Assembly (NCBI GenBank): GCA_034520565.1
Contig: JAXHNL010000002.1
Location: 1,600,001-1,664,000 of the forward strand
DNA: 64,000 nucleotides
Direction of reading: 5' to 3'
Source of the DNA: Halodesulfurarchaeum sp.
GTDB taxonomy: Archaea; Halobacteriota; Halobacteria; Halobacteriales; Halobacteriaceae
Position numbers and translations under genes: made by a program. The notes beneath the pieces are model-generated. The model was not told the DNA's origin. It saw nothing but the letters and a program-made list of their open reading frames with translations, and searched no databases. Below, in pieces: positions 9,405-19,441 of this stretch (positions are counted from its first letter, which is position 1; every line of letters begins with the position of its first letter).

Positions 9405-10472
9405 CTAAACGATCTTTACCATTCGTTGCTCGACTCGCCCGATACGGACCCTGATCCATCCTCGAAGTGTCTCGTCGAGATCCGGATCGCCCGTGTCCAC
9501 CCGAAGTGCATCCGTCGCATCGAGTTTCTCCGGGGAGGCGACGACTGTGAGTTTGGAATCCTCGATGATAGCGGGGGAAATCTGGTCGTTTCCACGGCCA
9601 AATATGAACCCCTGGCCCCCGATGGGCGAAACGATAATTTCGTTCCGTTTCCCCATCGCCTCGAGGATGTCGGCCTCGGAACCGTCTTTGACGAGCAACT
9701 TGCCGTCTCTGATGACGTCCACCCCGAGTGGAGAACCGTCGATGCCGAACGCCGATTTGATCGTTGCGAGGGTCCCACCGGGACCGAGGATATAGGTCGT
9801 CTCGGGATCGGCCGCTTCAACGATTCCTTTCGCAACTCCCTCGACGTCTCCGCCGAGAATTTGTTTCGAAGACTGGAGATTTTCAGCCACGGGGACCGCT
9901 GCTAACCCTTTCAGTTCGGCTCGAACCTCACCCTCCCGATACGCCGCTTCGTCTATGTCGTTGATCTCGCGGGTCGCCGTCTGCTCGAACGACGCCGCGA
10001 TCTGGCCAGCGGCTTCCGGTGAAACGGCGAAGACCGAGGAATACACTTTCACGCCGGCAGGAGCGCCAAGAAGGGGTGTTTCCGTCCCTGCCTGCTCGAT
10101 GGTTTCGTACACGTCGACGGCGGTTCCGTCACCGCCCACGAACACGACGAGATCGACGTCGCATTCGAGAAACGCCGATACGGCAGCGCTGGTATCATTT
10201 ACGCTCGTCTCTTCACCGGACGGCTCGCCAAGAACCTCGACTGATAGCCCCACGGCTTTGGCCTCGTTCGCACCCATTTCGCCACCCCAGGTGAGTACGT
10301 CGACCGAATCCGTGTAATCCGTGAGGACCTCGAGTACGGCTTCGCCGCGTTTCGGGGCGCGCTGTTCTGCCCCCCGGGTCCGTGCTTCCTCGACTTTTCC
10401 GTCGGTGCCTTTGAGTCCAACTCGCCCTCCCATGCCGGCAATAGGATTAACGACGAATCCGATCGTTCGCAT
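9405..10472 (-). CDS. ATP-NAD kinase family protein
   Basis: NPIAGMGG, GGDGT, PAGVKVYS and GGQGFIFGRGN motifs. Confidence 0.85.
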   Translation of the reverse strand: MRTIGFVVNPIAGMGGRVGLKGTDGKVEEARTRGAEQRAPKRGEAVLEVLTDYTDSVDVLTWGGEMGANEAKAVGLSVEVLGEPSGEETSVNDTSAAVSAFLECDVDLVVFVGGDGTAVDVYETIEQAGTETPLLGAPAGVKVYSSVFAVSPEAAGQIAASFEQTATREINDIDEAAYREGEVRAELKGLAAVPVAENLQSSKQILGGDVEGVAKGIVEAADPETTYILGPGGTLATIKSAFGIDGSPLGVDVIRDGKLLVKDGSEADILEAMGKRNEIIVSPIGGQGFIFGRGNDQISPAIIEDSKLTVVASPEKLDATDALRVDTGDPDLDETLRGWIRVRIGRVEQRMVKIV

Positions 10473-10530
10473 GCTTCGATATCGGGTTTGCCCCGTGAAA
10501 ATATCGCCGGTTGCAGCGGTCGAGATCGGT

Positions 10531-11208
10531 TCAGAGACGAGCCTCGAGCCAAGCCGTTGCAGCGTCTACCTCCTCGCCATCGAGGCCCTGGATTCGGATC
10601 GTGACCATTTCACCAGGGTAGCTGCCGATTCGGACGTCGAATCGTTCGTTCGCCGCTTTTAGGTCCGAAACGAGTTCTCGTTCCGGTCGGTCCGCGGTGA
10701 GCACCCGAGTCGTGGACGCTGGGCCGTCGAATGCGGGGGCGATGAGTTCGAACATCTCTCGCATCTCAGCTGGGACACCGGGGAGTACGTAGACGTTTTC
10801 GATGTGGGCTCCCGGTGCGACCCCGGCAGGGTTGGGGAGGAATTCGGCCCGATCTGGGAGGTGAGTCGTACCGGGAACGAGGTCGTCCAGCTCGTATTCA
10901 GTTTCGTTCTGGATCCACTCGGCGGCGTCGGGGCTTTCACGCATCGAGCAGTCGAATGCTGTAGCAACTGCCTCCATCGTCACGTCGTCGTGTGTTGGCC
11001 CGAGACCACCCGTGACGATCACGGCGTCGTACCGTTCCCCGAGATCCTCGAGTGTCGAGACAATCGCTGCCTCCTCGTCCGGGACCACGACGATTCGCCG
11101 GAGGGTTGCCCCCCGGTCGGAAAGTCGACGTGCAAGCCACGAGGCGTTGGTGTTCTCCGTCTCGCCGGAGAGGAGCTCGTCGCCAACTGTCAAAAGGCCC
11201 ACGTCCAT
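10531..11208 (-). CDS. CinA N-terminal / molybdopterin-binding domain protein
   Basis: VGDELLSG, NTNA, TGGLGPTHDDVT and LPGVPAEM motifs. Confidence 0.88.
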   Translation of the reverse strand: MDVGLLTVGDELLSGETENTNASWLARRLSDRGATLRRIVVVPDEEAAIVSTLEDLGERYDAVIVTGGLGPTHDDVTMEAVATAFDCSMRESPDAAEWIQNETEYELDDLVPGTTHLPDRAEFLPNPAGVAPGAHIENVYVLPGVPAEMREMFELIAPAFDGPASTTRVLTADRPERELVSDLKAANERFDVRIGSYPGEMVTIRIQGLDGEEVDAATAWLEARL

Positions 11209-11252
11209 GAGCGGGAGTTAGTGCGGGCTGCTATTAATGTCGCCGTGTCCGA

Positions 11253-11966
11253 TCAGGGGTCGTCGATATCGTCCGGTCCGACGGCTCCTCGTCTGGCCGC
11301 GAGCGTCCGAAGTTGCGCCCGGAAATACAACAAACCGGCCCCAGCGATCAAGCCTGCCACACCCAGCAATCCGCCGAATATGTAGAGGTTCCGCTCCTGG
11401 TAGTAATCCACCGACAGAACATCCGTCTCGGGATTTTGCCACCGGAGGGTTATTCGATCCTCTGTTCGTTCGAGATCGTAACCCCCAGGTCTCGCCCCGC
11501 CGATTATCGGGGCACTCACCGCTGTACCGGGTGGCAAGCGGACGGCGTAACTCCCGTTGATCGTGACCGGTAAGAACAGTTCGTTCGACAGCACTCCAGC
11601 CGTATATGCGAGTTGGCCACCACTCCGGGGAACCTCCACGACGGTCCGTTCGCCAACCTCGGAGACGGAAAGCGCCGACGCGTTGACCACGGTCCCGTTC
11701 GGATATCGGTATTTGACGGCCCGGATCGGAAGCGCCGTTTCCCCACCGAATTCACCAGGTCCGAACAGGCTGACGTTGGTCCGATCATTCATCGCGAGAA
11801 CGGCCTGATAACTCCCGCCGTCCACTGACACACTCACGTCAGCGCTGGTGTTCCACTCGTAATTCGCCGGCTCCGCCAGTGCCTGCTCGTCTACGGCGCC
11901 GCCGCCCAGACACCCGGCCATAGTTAACAGGCCTGCGACGGCGAGAACGGCGAGCGTCCGCCTCAT
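11253..11966 (-). CDS. Conserved haloarchaeal lipoprotein (DUF5803-like)
   Basis: Lipobox MAGC and C-terminal TM helix; translationally coupled to the upstream gene. Confidence 0.75.
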   Translation of the reverse strand: MRRTLAVLAVAGLLTMAGCLGGGAVDEQALAEPANYEWNTSADVSVSVDGGSYQAVLAMNDRTNVSLFGPGEFGGETALPIRAVKYRYPNGTVVNASALSVSEVGERTVVEVPRSGGQLAYTAGVLSNELFLPVTINGSYAVRLPPGTAVSAPIIGGARPGGYDLERTEDRITLRWQNPETDVLSVDYYQERNLYIFGGLLGVAGLIAGAGLLYFRAQLRTLAARRGAVGPDDIDDP

Positions 11967-12631
11967 GGAACGACTGCGAGGAGTTCCGAATCGAGATACG
12001 AGCCGATGCTCGCGAGGAGCCCGGGAGGGTCTGTTCCCGGTTTGCAGACGATACTCTGTTCGAGTAGTCCCAGCCGCTCGACCGTGACGATGTCGTTTGC
12101 GTGGCCAGCTCGGTTGACGGTTGCCCGTACTTCGGCCCGCGTCGCGCTATTGACGTTGACTCGGCCGGTCTCCTCCCGCATCCACCCGTGTAGACGGTCT
12201 CGCGTCGCGTCGGCCAGTCGAGGCGGGTCGCCGGCCACGAATTCGAGTGGGAGATGCTGGACCAATCCGAACCGGGTTCGCATCTGGGATGGAGTGCCGC
12301 CACCGAGACCCAACTCCGCGGTCGGAATCGAGACTTCGTGGCCTGCATCGAGGGTAATACCGACCTCGTCCCAGGATTCAAGTGTCCCTGTCGCGACGGT
12401 CCCCGGTTCCGGATCGGCGATAACCTCCCCCCATTCGTCCCGGAGGACGTTCCGGGCAACTGTTTCGTCCGGACCGTCGACCGTGACAGTTGGAAAATCG
12501 TCGTGGCGGATGCCGACGTCCACGGAAACGTCGAGGTCACCGAGTGCGTTTTCGACCAGTGAGCGGAGGGAATCGAGAGCCCGATCCCGGGCCGTTCCGT
12601 GAACGTAGATCTTGCTTGCGAGAACGACCAT
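11963..12631 (-). CDS. DUF2110-family protein
   Basis: MVVLASKIYV...ERLGLLEQSIVC...TDPPGL; lies directly downstream of tfe. Confidence 0.75.
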   Translation of the reverse strand: MVVLASKIYVHGTARDRALDSLRSLVENALGDLDVSVDVGIRHDDFPTVTVDGPDETVARNVLRDEWGEVIADPEPGTVATGTLESWDEVGITLDAGHEVSIPTAELGLGGGTPSQMRTRFGLVQHLPLEFVAGDPPRLADATRDRLHGWMREETGRVNVNSATRAEVRATVNRAGHANDIVTVERLGLLEQSIVCKPGTDPPGLLASIGSYLDSELLAVVP

Positions 12632-13149
12632 TATGCCACGATTCCGAGATCGGCTCTGAGTTCATCGATGCGTTCGTCGATGGCACCGATCAGTTCGTCG
12701 TTCCCCATCGCTTCGAGATCGCCACCGCAATCGGGACATTGGAACCCGAGATCCATGGCCTCGCCGAATTCGAATCGGATCGAGCACGTCGGACAGAGGT
12801 AAAATTCGTTTTCCCGCTCGTACTCCCGGCGAAGTTCGAGTGCCTCGAGCAATCGTTCCATCTCCTCGTGGAGGTTGCCCGGAATGTGTTCGTACTCGAA
12901 CGTCCAGAGATAGGTGAGCCACCCCGAATCCTCGTCGCGGACCCGGCGATAGGATGCGAGGTCGTTCTCATAGAGGATAAAGAGCGCACGCCGGACGTCG
13001 TTGAGTTCGAGTCCAAGTCGTTCCGCGAGTTCCTCGTCTGTCACCTCGCCGTCGGGCGGCGCCGCGGCGACGGGCATGCCCTTCGGCCCCACCAACTCGT
13101 TGAGGTACTTCTGAATGACGGGGTCCTCGAGTAACTCCTCAAAAGCCAT
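12631..13149 (-). CDS. tfe: Transcription factor E (TFE alpha)
   Basis: TDEELAERLGLELNDVRRALFILYE winged helix, SGWLTYLW and a Zn ribbon CPTC...CPDC. Confidence 0.95.
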   Translation of the reverse strand: MAFEELLEDPVIQKYLNELVGPKGMPVAAAPPDGEVTDEELAERLGLELNDVRRALFILYENDLASYRRVRDEDSGWLTYLWTFEYEHIPGNLHEEMERLLEALELRREYERENEFYLCPTCSIRFEFGEAMDLGFQCPDCGGDLEAMGNDELIGAIDERIDELRADLGIVA

Positions 13150-13212
13150 TATGTATGGATGGGACCGCCACGGTAGGTAAGTCTTTTGAGCGAGTCGGGT
13201 TGGTCTGCCAGG

Positions 13213-13818
13213 TCATTCGGTTGATTCGGGGGTGGAGTCCGATGGGTCGTCCGCCAACCCAGTCGCTGCACGATCAGGATCGCCTTCGGTTTCGATTACT
13301 TCTTTTCCGAGTGTTTTGGGAACGACTCGCCGCTCGGCATCTTCGAACGTTCGATCGAGTTCTCGCCCCTCGAAAAATCGGTCCAAAAAGACGGCAAGAG
13401 CCGCTACCTCGGAGTGGGGTTGGTTCGTCACGCCAACGTTCCAATCGGCGGCTTCGTACACGTCGAAGGAGACTTTTTCCGAACCGACGACGACGAGCAA
13501 TTCATCGTCCCCGGGTGTGCCCCGGACTCGCGGTAGTACCTCCTGTACCGGCTCCCCGTACATCGTGAGATGAACGATCGGTCCCACCCACGAACGAATG
13601 TCCCCCACTGGCGAATCAGTCGAGTCAACTTCGAACGGACCACCGAACCGCTCGGTGACGTCTCTCGTTGTTTCGAACGCGTCCGTCGCGTTATCGGTGA
13701 ATACAACTCGGTCTGCCCCCAGCGCCCGTGCCGTGAGGCCGACGTGTGTCGTCATTCGGTCGTCTCGCCCCGGTCGGTGGCCGAGACGGAGGACCGTCAC
13801 CGATCGGTCGTCCTGCAT
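13213..13818 (-). CDS. trm56: tRNA (cytidine56-2'-O)-methyltransferase (aTrm56)
   Basis: RLGHRPGRDDRMTTHVGLTARALGA, VHLTMYG and NQPHSEVAAL; ATG at 13818. Confidence 0.94.
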   Translation of the reverse strand: MQDDRSVTVLRLGHRPGRDDRMTTHVGLTARALGADRVVFTDNATDAFETTRDVTERFGGPFEVDSTDSPVGDIRSWVGPIVHLTMYGEPVQEVLPRVRGTPGDDELLVVVGSEKVSFDVYEAADWNVGVTNQPHSEVAALAVFLDRFFEGRELDRTFEDAERRVVPKTLGKEVIETEGDPDRAATGLADDPSDSTPESTE

Positions 13819-13927
13819 ACCGGTGCGTTGGGGAAAGCAGGGGGAATATGTTGTGATTACACCGCAATCAGGCCGCGCAGTTGGTATAAACCGGAACACC
13901 CATGACTTTTGCTCGTTATCCGCGGAT

Positions 13928-14872
13928 ATGGAAGTTTCCGGAGCCAAAGCCGTCGTAACCGGTGGAGCCGGGTTCGTCGGCTCACATCTCACTGAGCGAT
14001 TGCTTGCTGAGGGGGCGACGGTCACGGTGGTAGACGACCTCTCGAACGGTCGGCGGAAGTGGGTTCCAGAAGCGGCCACCTTTCTAGAGGGAGATCTGAC
14101 CGAGGAATCCACGGTCGAAACAGCCATCGACGAGTCGGTCGACGTCGTCTTTCACCTCGCTGCCCGGAAGGCCGTCAACGATCCGAATCCCCGCTCCCAG
14201 TTCGAGGAGAATACCGGAATGACTCACTCGATCCTGGAACGCATGGCCGAAGTGGATGTGGATCACATCGCGTTCACGTCATCTTCGACCGTCTACGGTG
14301 AGGCCCCGCGCCCGACTCCCGAGGACTACCCACAGACGCCCATTAGCACGTACGGGGCGGCAAAAACCGCGGAAGAGGCACTCGTTTCGACGTCCGTTCA
14401 CGCGACGGATCTTACCGCCTCGGTGTTTCGGTTCGCCAACATCGTCGGCCCCCGGTTGCAAGCAGGGGCAGTCATCGTCGACTTCATCGAGAAACTTCGC
14501 ACGAATCCCCACGAACTCGAGATCAAGGGGGACGGTCGACAGGAAAAATCCTACATGACGGTGGAATCCTGTATCGACGCGATGGTTCACGTCGTTCGAA
14601 ACGCCGAGGGGCCGCGAGCTGTCTTCAACCTCGGGACCCGAACGACGACCTCCGTGACGGAAATCGCGGATATCGTCAGCGACGCGATGGAACTCGATCC
14701 GAATTACCAGTTCACCGGTGGTAATCGGGGCTGGACCGGCGACGTGCCGAAAATGCGGCTCTCGATCGAGAAACTTCGAGCGATCGGGTGGGAACCGAAC
14801 GAATCGAGTGACGAAGCGGTCCGGATGGCGACCGAGCAGTTAGTGGCCGAGCGAACTGACGGTCCCGATTAG
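13928..14872 (+). CDS. NAD-dependent epimerase/dehydratase (GalE-like)
   Basis: TGGAGFVG, SSSTVYG and YGAAK (YxxxK); ATG at 13928. Confidence 0.9.
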   Translation: MEVSGAKAVVTGGAGFVGSHLTERLLAEGATVTVVDDLSNGRRKWVPEAATFLEGDLTEESTVETAIDESVDVVFHLAARKAVNDPNPRSQFEENTGMTHSILERMAEVDVDHIAFTSSSTVYGEAPRPTPEDYPQTPISTYGAAKTAEEALVSTSVHATDLTASVFRFANIVGPRLQAGAVIVDFIEKLRTNPHELEIKGDGRQEKSYMTVESCIDAMVHVVRNAEGPRAVFNLGTRTTTSVTEIADIVSDAMELDPNYQFTGGNRGWTGDVPKMRLSIEKLRAIGWEPNESSDEAVRMATEQLVAERTDGPD

Positions 14873-15153
14873 TCAGCCAATTCGACGTACTGGGACTCCC
14901 ACTCCCGCCGTTCGGAAAGCAGGTCAGCTCCCGACTCGGTCAGTCGATAGGCGTTCGTTCGCTCGTCCTGTTTGGTCTTTTCCACGAGAGCGCGTTCGAC
15001 CAGCGTGTCGAGGTTCGGATAGAGGCGACCGTGGTTGATCGTCGATTCGTAGTACTCCTCCATTTCCGACTTGATCTCGAGGCCGTTCGGTTCCTCGAGG
15101 CCAGCGATGACTGTGAGCAGGTCCCGTTGGAAGCCGGTTAAATCGTCCATCAT
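14869..15153 (-). CDS. PadR-family winged-helix regulator (RosR-like paralog)
   Basis: DLTGFQRDLL...INHGRLYPNLDTLV...RTNAY. Confidence 0.88.
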   Translation of the reverse strand: MMDDLTGFQRDLLTVIAGLEEPNGLEIKSEMEEYYESTINHGRLYPNLDTLVERALVEKTKQDERTNAYRLTESGADLLSERREWESQYVELAD

Positions 15154-15238
15154 CCTTTCGTACAAATATGTCGCTCTTACTATTAAAATCGTTGCCCGTA
15201 CTCAGGGCCTGCTGGTTTTTTTTTTTCAATCGACCTGG

Positions 15239-15790
15239 CTACAGCAGCGTCGCTTCGATGAAAAACGTTTCCGGGCGTTCCCTGGCTCGCGTGACGTCGA
15301 ATCCGACCGCTTCGAGCTCCGCTGTGGCACCGCTCGCGCTTTTTCGTTCAGCCAGCGGTGGCCCACGTTGGCCGGCACCGTGTTTGGACCAGTCTGCGAC
15401 GACGAGTCGTCCCCCGGACCGAACCACTCTGGCGAACTCCGCTGGCGCGGATTCCTCGACCTCGTGATAAGTCATCGTCGTGAACAGCCCGTCGAGTGTG
15501 CTCGTTTCGAACGGGAGTGACCTCGCCGGTGCGAGAACCAACTCGACGTTCGACGGGATTTTCCGCTCGGCGAAGTGCTCGTGCATCTCGTCCTGGACGT
15601 CGACTGCGTGGAGACGCTCGACGAACGGGGCCACCTCGCGGGTGTAAAAACCCGTCCCGCTCCCGATATCGGCAACTATGCCACCTTTTGCTTCCCCGAG
15701 TGCGGAGACTAATTCGTCCCGTGAGAGGTACCGAAACCGGTCCTCGCCTTCGAGTGCGTGGGCACTCTCGGGATCGAACGTGTGTGGCAT
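15239..15790 (-). CDS. Class I SAM-dependent methyltransferase
   Basis: Motif I VADIGSGTG and later RVVRSGGRLVVADW; ATG at 15790. Confidence 0.88.
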   Translation of the reverse strand: MPHTFDPESAHALEGEDRFRYLSRDELVSALGEAKGGIVADIGSGTGFYTREVAPFVERLHAVDVQDEMHEHFAERKIPSNVELVLAPARSLPFETSTLDGLFTTMTYHEVEESAPAEFARVVRSGGRLVVADWSKHGAGQRGPPLAERKSASGATAELEAVGFDVTRARERPETFFIEATLL

Positions 15791-15912
15791 CGTTATCGGT
15801 CCCTCCGATTCCGATCCCGTGGAAGAATCCCGCGGTGGTTTCGGGGTCGCAACATGGATCCTACTCCCCCATTCGAGGCCTTGAGAGTTGGGGTTCGGGT
15901 GAGCGAGGTCAG

Positions 15913-16803
15913 TCAGTCCCGTGACTCGTCCCATTCGCCGATTCCGCCCGGGTCGAGGTGGATGTGGACGTCTCCGACGCCTGGCCGGGAAAGCAGTAGA
16001 TTTCGGAGTTCCGTTTCGAGATCGTGGGCGGCACGGAGCGTCAGGTCCCCCGAGACTTCCGCGTGAAGTTCGACCTCGACCTGCGTTCCGACGTAGTGAC
16101 AGCGCAGGTCGTGTACCCCGTGGACGTCAGCATGATCCGTCACCGTCCGTTCGATCGCGTCGACCTCCTCGGACGGTGGCGCACTTCCGGTGAGATAGCG
16201 GATGTTTTCCCGGGCAATACGGTACCCCTGATGCATGACGAGAATGCTGACGAGACCACCGGCAAGTGGATCCACGATCGGCATCCCCACGCCAGCGCCG
16301 AAAACGCCCAGGACCGCCGCAAATGACGTATATACGTCGTTCAGGGCGTCCGTGGCGAGTGCTTTGAGACCCGGCGAATCGAGTTTCCGGTTCGTTCGAT
16401 CGGTGTACCAGTAAACGAGTAGCATGTCGGCGATCGCAAACGCGAGGCCGGCCACGAGAAGGATACTGAACTGGATCTCGGGCCCTTCACGGATCGCCGT
16501 GACGGCGTCGAGGAAGATCTTCACGGCCAGTCCGATCAGCGTGACGCCAACGAACAGCGCCGTGAGTGGCTCGACCCGCTCGTGGCCGTGGGGGTGATTC
16601 GAATCGGGGCCCCGATAGGAGAGCCGTCCCCAGACCAGAACAACTAGACTGGCCAACAGATCCGCGAGCGAGTGAGCCGCGTCAGCCACGAGAGCCAGGC
16701 TCCCAAACGTCAGACCGAGTGTTCCTTCGACGACGATTTTCGCCACGTTCCCGACGACGTTGACCCACGAGGCCCGGAGAAACGCGGTTTTCTCCTCCGC
16801 CAT
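15913..16803 (-). CDS. Cation diffusion facilitator (CDF) metal transporter
   Basis: SLALVADAAHSLAD, HPHGHERVE and C-terminal HIHLDP. Confidence 0.93.
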   Translation of the reverse strand: MAEEKTAFLRASWVNVVGNVAKIVVEGTLGLTFGSLALVADAAHSLADLLASLVVLVWGRLSYRGPDSNHPHGHERVEPLTALFVGVTLIGLAVKIFLDAVTAIREGPEIQFSILLVAGLAFAIADMLLVYWYTDRTNRKLDSPGLKALATDALNDVYTSFAAVLGVFGAGVGMPIVDPLAGGLVSILVMHQGYRIARENIRYLTGSAPPSEEVDAIERTVTDHADVHGVHDLRCHYVGTQVEVELHAEVSGDLTLRAAHDLETELRNLLLSRPGVGDVHIHLDPGGIGEWDESRD

Positions 16804-16839
16804 TGGAACCGTGTACGCGAGCCCACGTCATGACGGTTT

Positions 16840-16893
16840 TGCACTGCCTCCGACCGGTCCCGGGCCTGCACTGCCTCCGATCGGTCTCGGGCC
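16840..16893. repeat. Tandem 27-bp direct repeat (2 copies, 2 mismatches)
   Basis: TGCACTGCCTCCGACCGGTCCCGGGCC (16840-16866) and TGCACTGCCTCCGATCGGTCTCGGGCC (16867-16893). Confidence 0.9.
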
Positions 16894-16941
16894 GTTCCAG
16901 GAACCGACACCTTGACCGGGTTTCACCCCAAATCCGATAGT

Positions 16942-17391
16942 ATGACGGATCGAATCGCTCACGACCACCCCACCGTGGATACGTTCGACGCCAAAATCGG
17001 TCGACACGGCGGAACGACCCGTCCTGAGGTGGTGATCGAGGAATCCCTCGCGGTCGAACATGGGACACTCGTGCGGTTGGTCCTCGACGGAACCGAATAC
17101 CGAGCTCCGGTCGAGGTGTCCGAAGCGGGATCGGCCGTCTTGAGGCATGCAGCAGCCGCTCCGTCGGGTGCTCGCAATCCCGGCAGTGTTGTAAACGCGC
17201 TGGCCGAATGGCTCGCTGCACAGAACCTCGAAATCGGTCACTCCCTCCACCTAGACGTGGTCGAACCCGGATTCCGCTATGGATTGCGAGCACCAGGCGA
17301 CCAAGCCATTTACGACGCTGGCCGACCTGACGAGTCGTTGGCCGGGATCGCTCGTTCTCTGGATTCGACTGATGACGACGCTACTACGTGA
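16942..17391 (+). CDS. Conserved haloarchaeal hypothetical protein (DUF7112-like)
   Basis: MTDRIAHDHPTV...LDVVEPGFRYGLRAPG...SLAGIARSL; acidic composition. Confidence 0.72.
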   Translation: MTDRIAHDHPTVDTFDAKIGRHGGTTRPEVVIEESLAVEHGTLVRLVLDGTEYRAPVEVSEAGSAVLRHAAAAPSGARNPGSVVNALAEWLAAQNLEIGHSLHLDVVEPGFRYGLRAPGDQAIYDAGRPDESLAGIARSLDSTDDDATT

Positions 17392-17583
17392 GCTGTGAGA
17401 CATCGACGATCGGGAGGGTTATGACACTTCCAAAACAACAGAACCCCGAGACTGCATACCGTTTTCACCGATTGATTTACAAAGGGTATGCTGAGGTTTG
17501 GTAAACCCACGCACAATTTTTTAGGACGCCCAAAAGCGGCAGTATATGCAGGTTTAAGACCGTCTCGAACCCATATGTCGTGT

Positions 17584-17616
17584 ACGATCATGATCGTTTT
17601 TTGCGAAACATTTAAG
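17584..17616 (+). promoter_or_regulatory. Putative tfb promoter (BRE/TATA TTTAAG) with an upstream 14-bp palindrome
   Basis: CGAAACA-TTTAAG at about 17604-17616; perfect palindrome ACGATCATGATCGT at 17584-17597. Confidence 0.45.
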
Positions 17617-17689
17617 TGACTTTCGGTGCTATCCGTTTGTAAGGAACCCAGGGGAGTCTGGGTACACCGTTCTCCCCGTTCCCTCCACC

Positions 17690-18682
17690 ATGAGTGATGC
17701 CACAATTCGAACGTATAGCGGTGAGCGCCAGCGGACGAAGCGAGACGAATCCGTAGAGGAACCGGAAACCGAACAAGAAACTGTCGACGAAGACGTCTGT
17801 CCCGAGTGCGGCGGTCGCCTCGACACCGACGAGGAGCGCGGAGAAACAGTCTGCTCGGAATGTGGTCTGGTCGTCGAAGAGGACGAAATCGACCGCGGGC
17901 CCGAGTGGCGGGCCTTCGACTCCGCCGAGAAGGACGAGAAGTCCCGCGTGGGCGCCCCCACGACGAATATGATGCACGACAAGGGGCTCTCGACGAACAT
18001 CGGCTGGCAGGACAAGGACGCCTACGGACGGGCCCTGTCCTCGCGGCAGCGCCAGAAGATGCAGCGGTTGCGGACCTGGAACGAGCGATTCCGCACCCGG
18101 AATTCGAAAGAACGGAACCTCAAACAGGCCCTCGGCGAAATCGAGCGGATGAGTTCGGCACTCGGTCTTCCCCAGGAGGTCCGCGAGACCGCCTCGGTGA
18201 TCTACCGCCGGGCTCTCGAAGAGGATCTCCTTCCAGGCCGATCTATCGAGGGTGTCGCAACGGCCGCACTCTACGCGGCGGCCCGACAGATGACCACGCC
18301 ACGAAGTCTCGACGAAATGGCCGCCGTCAGCCGGATCGACGAGATGGAGTTCAAACGGACCTACCGATACATCGTCCGTGAACTGAGTCTCGAAGTCCAG
18401 CCGGCAGACCCGGCCAGCTACGTGCCCCGATTCGCGTCGGAACTCGACCTCGCAGAGGAGGTCGAACGACGGGCACGCCAGCTCCTCTCGACGGCCCAGG
18501 AAAAGGGCGTAACCAGCGGCAAGAGCCCGGTTGGACTCGCAGCCGCTGCGATCTATGCCGCGTCGCTCCTGACGAACCGACGAGTCACCCAGAGTGAAGT
18601 GAGTGACGTAACGAACGTCTCGGAAGTCACCATCCGAAACCGGTACCAGGAGCTTCTCGAGGCGGCGGACGTCCCGGCGTAA
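17690..18682 (+). CDS. tfb: Transcription initiation factor IIB
   Basis: Zn ribbon CPEC...CSEC, IDRGPEWRAF, HDKGLST, cyclin repeats and SEVTIRNRY. Confidence 0.97.
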   Translation: MSDATIRTYSGERQRTKRDESVEEPETEQETVDEDVCPECGGRLDTDEERGETVCSECGLVVEEDEIDRGPEWRAFDSAEKDEKSRVGAPTTNMMHDKGLSTNIGWQDKDAYGRALSSRQRQKMQRLRTWNERFRTRNSKERNLKQALGEIERMSSALGLPQEVRETASVIYRRALEEDLLPGRSIEGVATAALYAAARQMTTPRSLDEMAAVSRIDEMEFKRTYRYIVRELSLEVQPADPASYVPRFASELDLAEEVERRARQLLSTAQEKGVTSGKSPVGLAAAAIYAASLLTNRRVTQSEVSDVTNVSEVTIRNRYQELLEAADVPA

Positions 18683-18755
18683 CTCTCGGGAAACGATCGG
18701 CTATCTCCGTTTTCTTCGGTTTCGGTCTTCGATCCCCGAGCGATGGCGCCGACGA

Positions 18756-19331
18756 TCACAATCGTTCGCCGACTCGAATGGCGATGGGGAGTTCGTTGTC
18801 AATCGGCGGTTTCGCACTCCGTATCGTCTCATCATAGACACAGAGCGGGTGATAGGCCACGTTAAAGTCAACCGAGAGGACAACCGGCTTCGACTGATCG
18901 ACGTTCTCACTATCGGCACTTGTCGAATCCGGCGCAGGAACGTTCAAATAGCGACCGTGTCGCCAGGTAGCTTCGCCGTTCGTTTGGTCGCGGAACGGAA
19001 CCAGGAGGGACTCGACCCCTGGCGCCCGGTACACGGAAAGCACGGTCAATTCGTCTGCAAACTCGACGCCGAGTTGCCCGACTTGTTCGAACGTCATCGG
19101 GGGCCCGCGGGTTGCATCGAGTGAGGCCTCGCGGGGCTCTGCAAAGGCCTCAAACCGGCCTGTAAGCCGATATTCCGCGGATATTGGGAAAAACTCCAGG
19201 CCGTCGAATCGTGCGAAAGCAGTCTTGCTGAGCGGGGTGTCGGTTTCGGAGGTAAACGTTCGTTCCTTTTCTGTCCGATGTGACTGGATCGCCTCGATCC
19301 AGTCGTCCGCGTCCGATTCGTGTCCGTTCAT
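18756..19331 (-). CDS. DUF1684-family protein
   Basis: PFRDQTNG, GRYL and DFNVAYHPLCVY, ending GERL. Confidence 0.82.
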   Translation of the reverse strand: MNGHESDADDWIEAIQSHRTEKERTFTSETDTPLSKTAFARFDGLEFFPISAEYRLTGRFEAFAEPREASLDATRGPPMTFEQVGQLGVEFADELTVLSVYRAPGVESLLVPFRDQTNGEATWRHGRYLNVPAPDSTSADSENVDQSKPVVLSVDFNVAYHPLCVYDETIRSAKPPIDNELPIAIRVGERL

Positions 19332-19441
19332 GACGGTCCTTCGTGAGAGTCCGGGAAACGATTTGGGTTCGAATGGATTCCGGATGGCCTACCCTCGAGA
19401 CTCGGGGGAACGTTGAACCCGATTCCGACCGATTTCGGTCC

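Noticed and set aside
15216-15226. T11 run as a terminator
   Set aside because: It is on the plus strand while both flanking genes are on the minus strand, so no transcript can be assigned to it.
16840-16893. Possible mini-CRISPR
   Set aside because: The repeats are directly adjacent with no spacer, and there are no cas genes.
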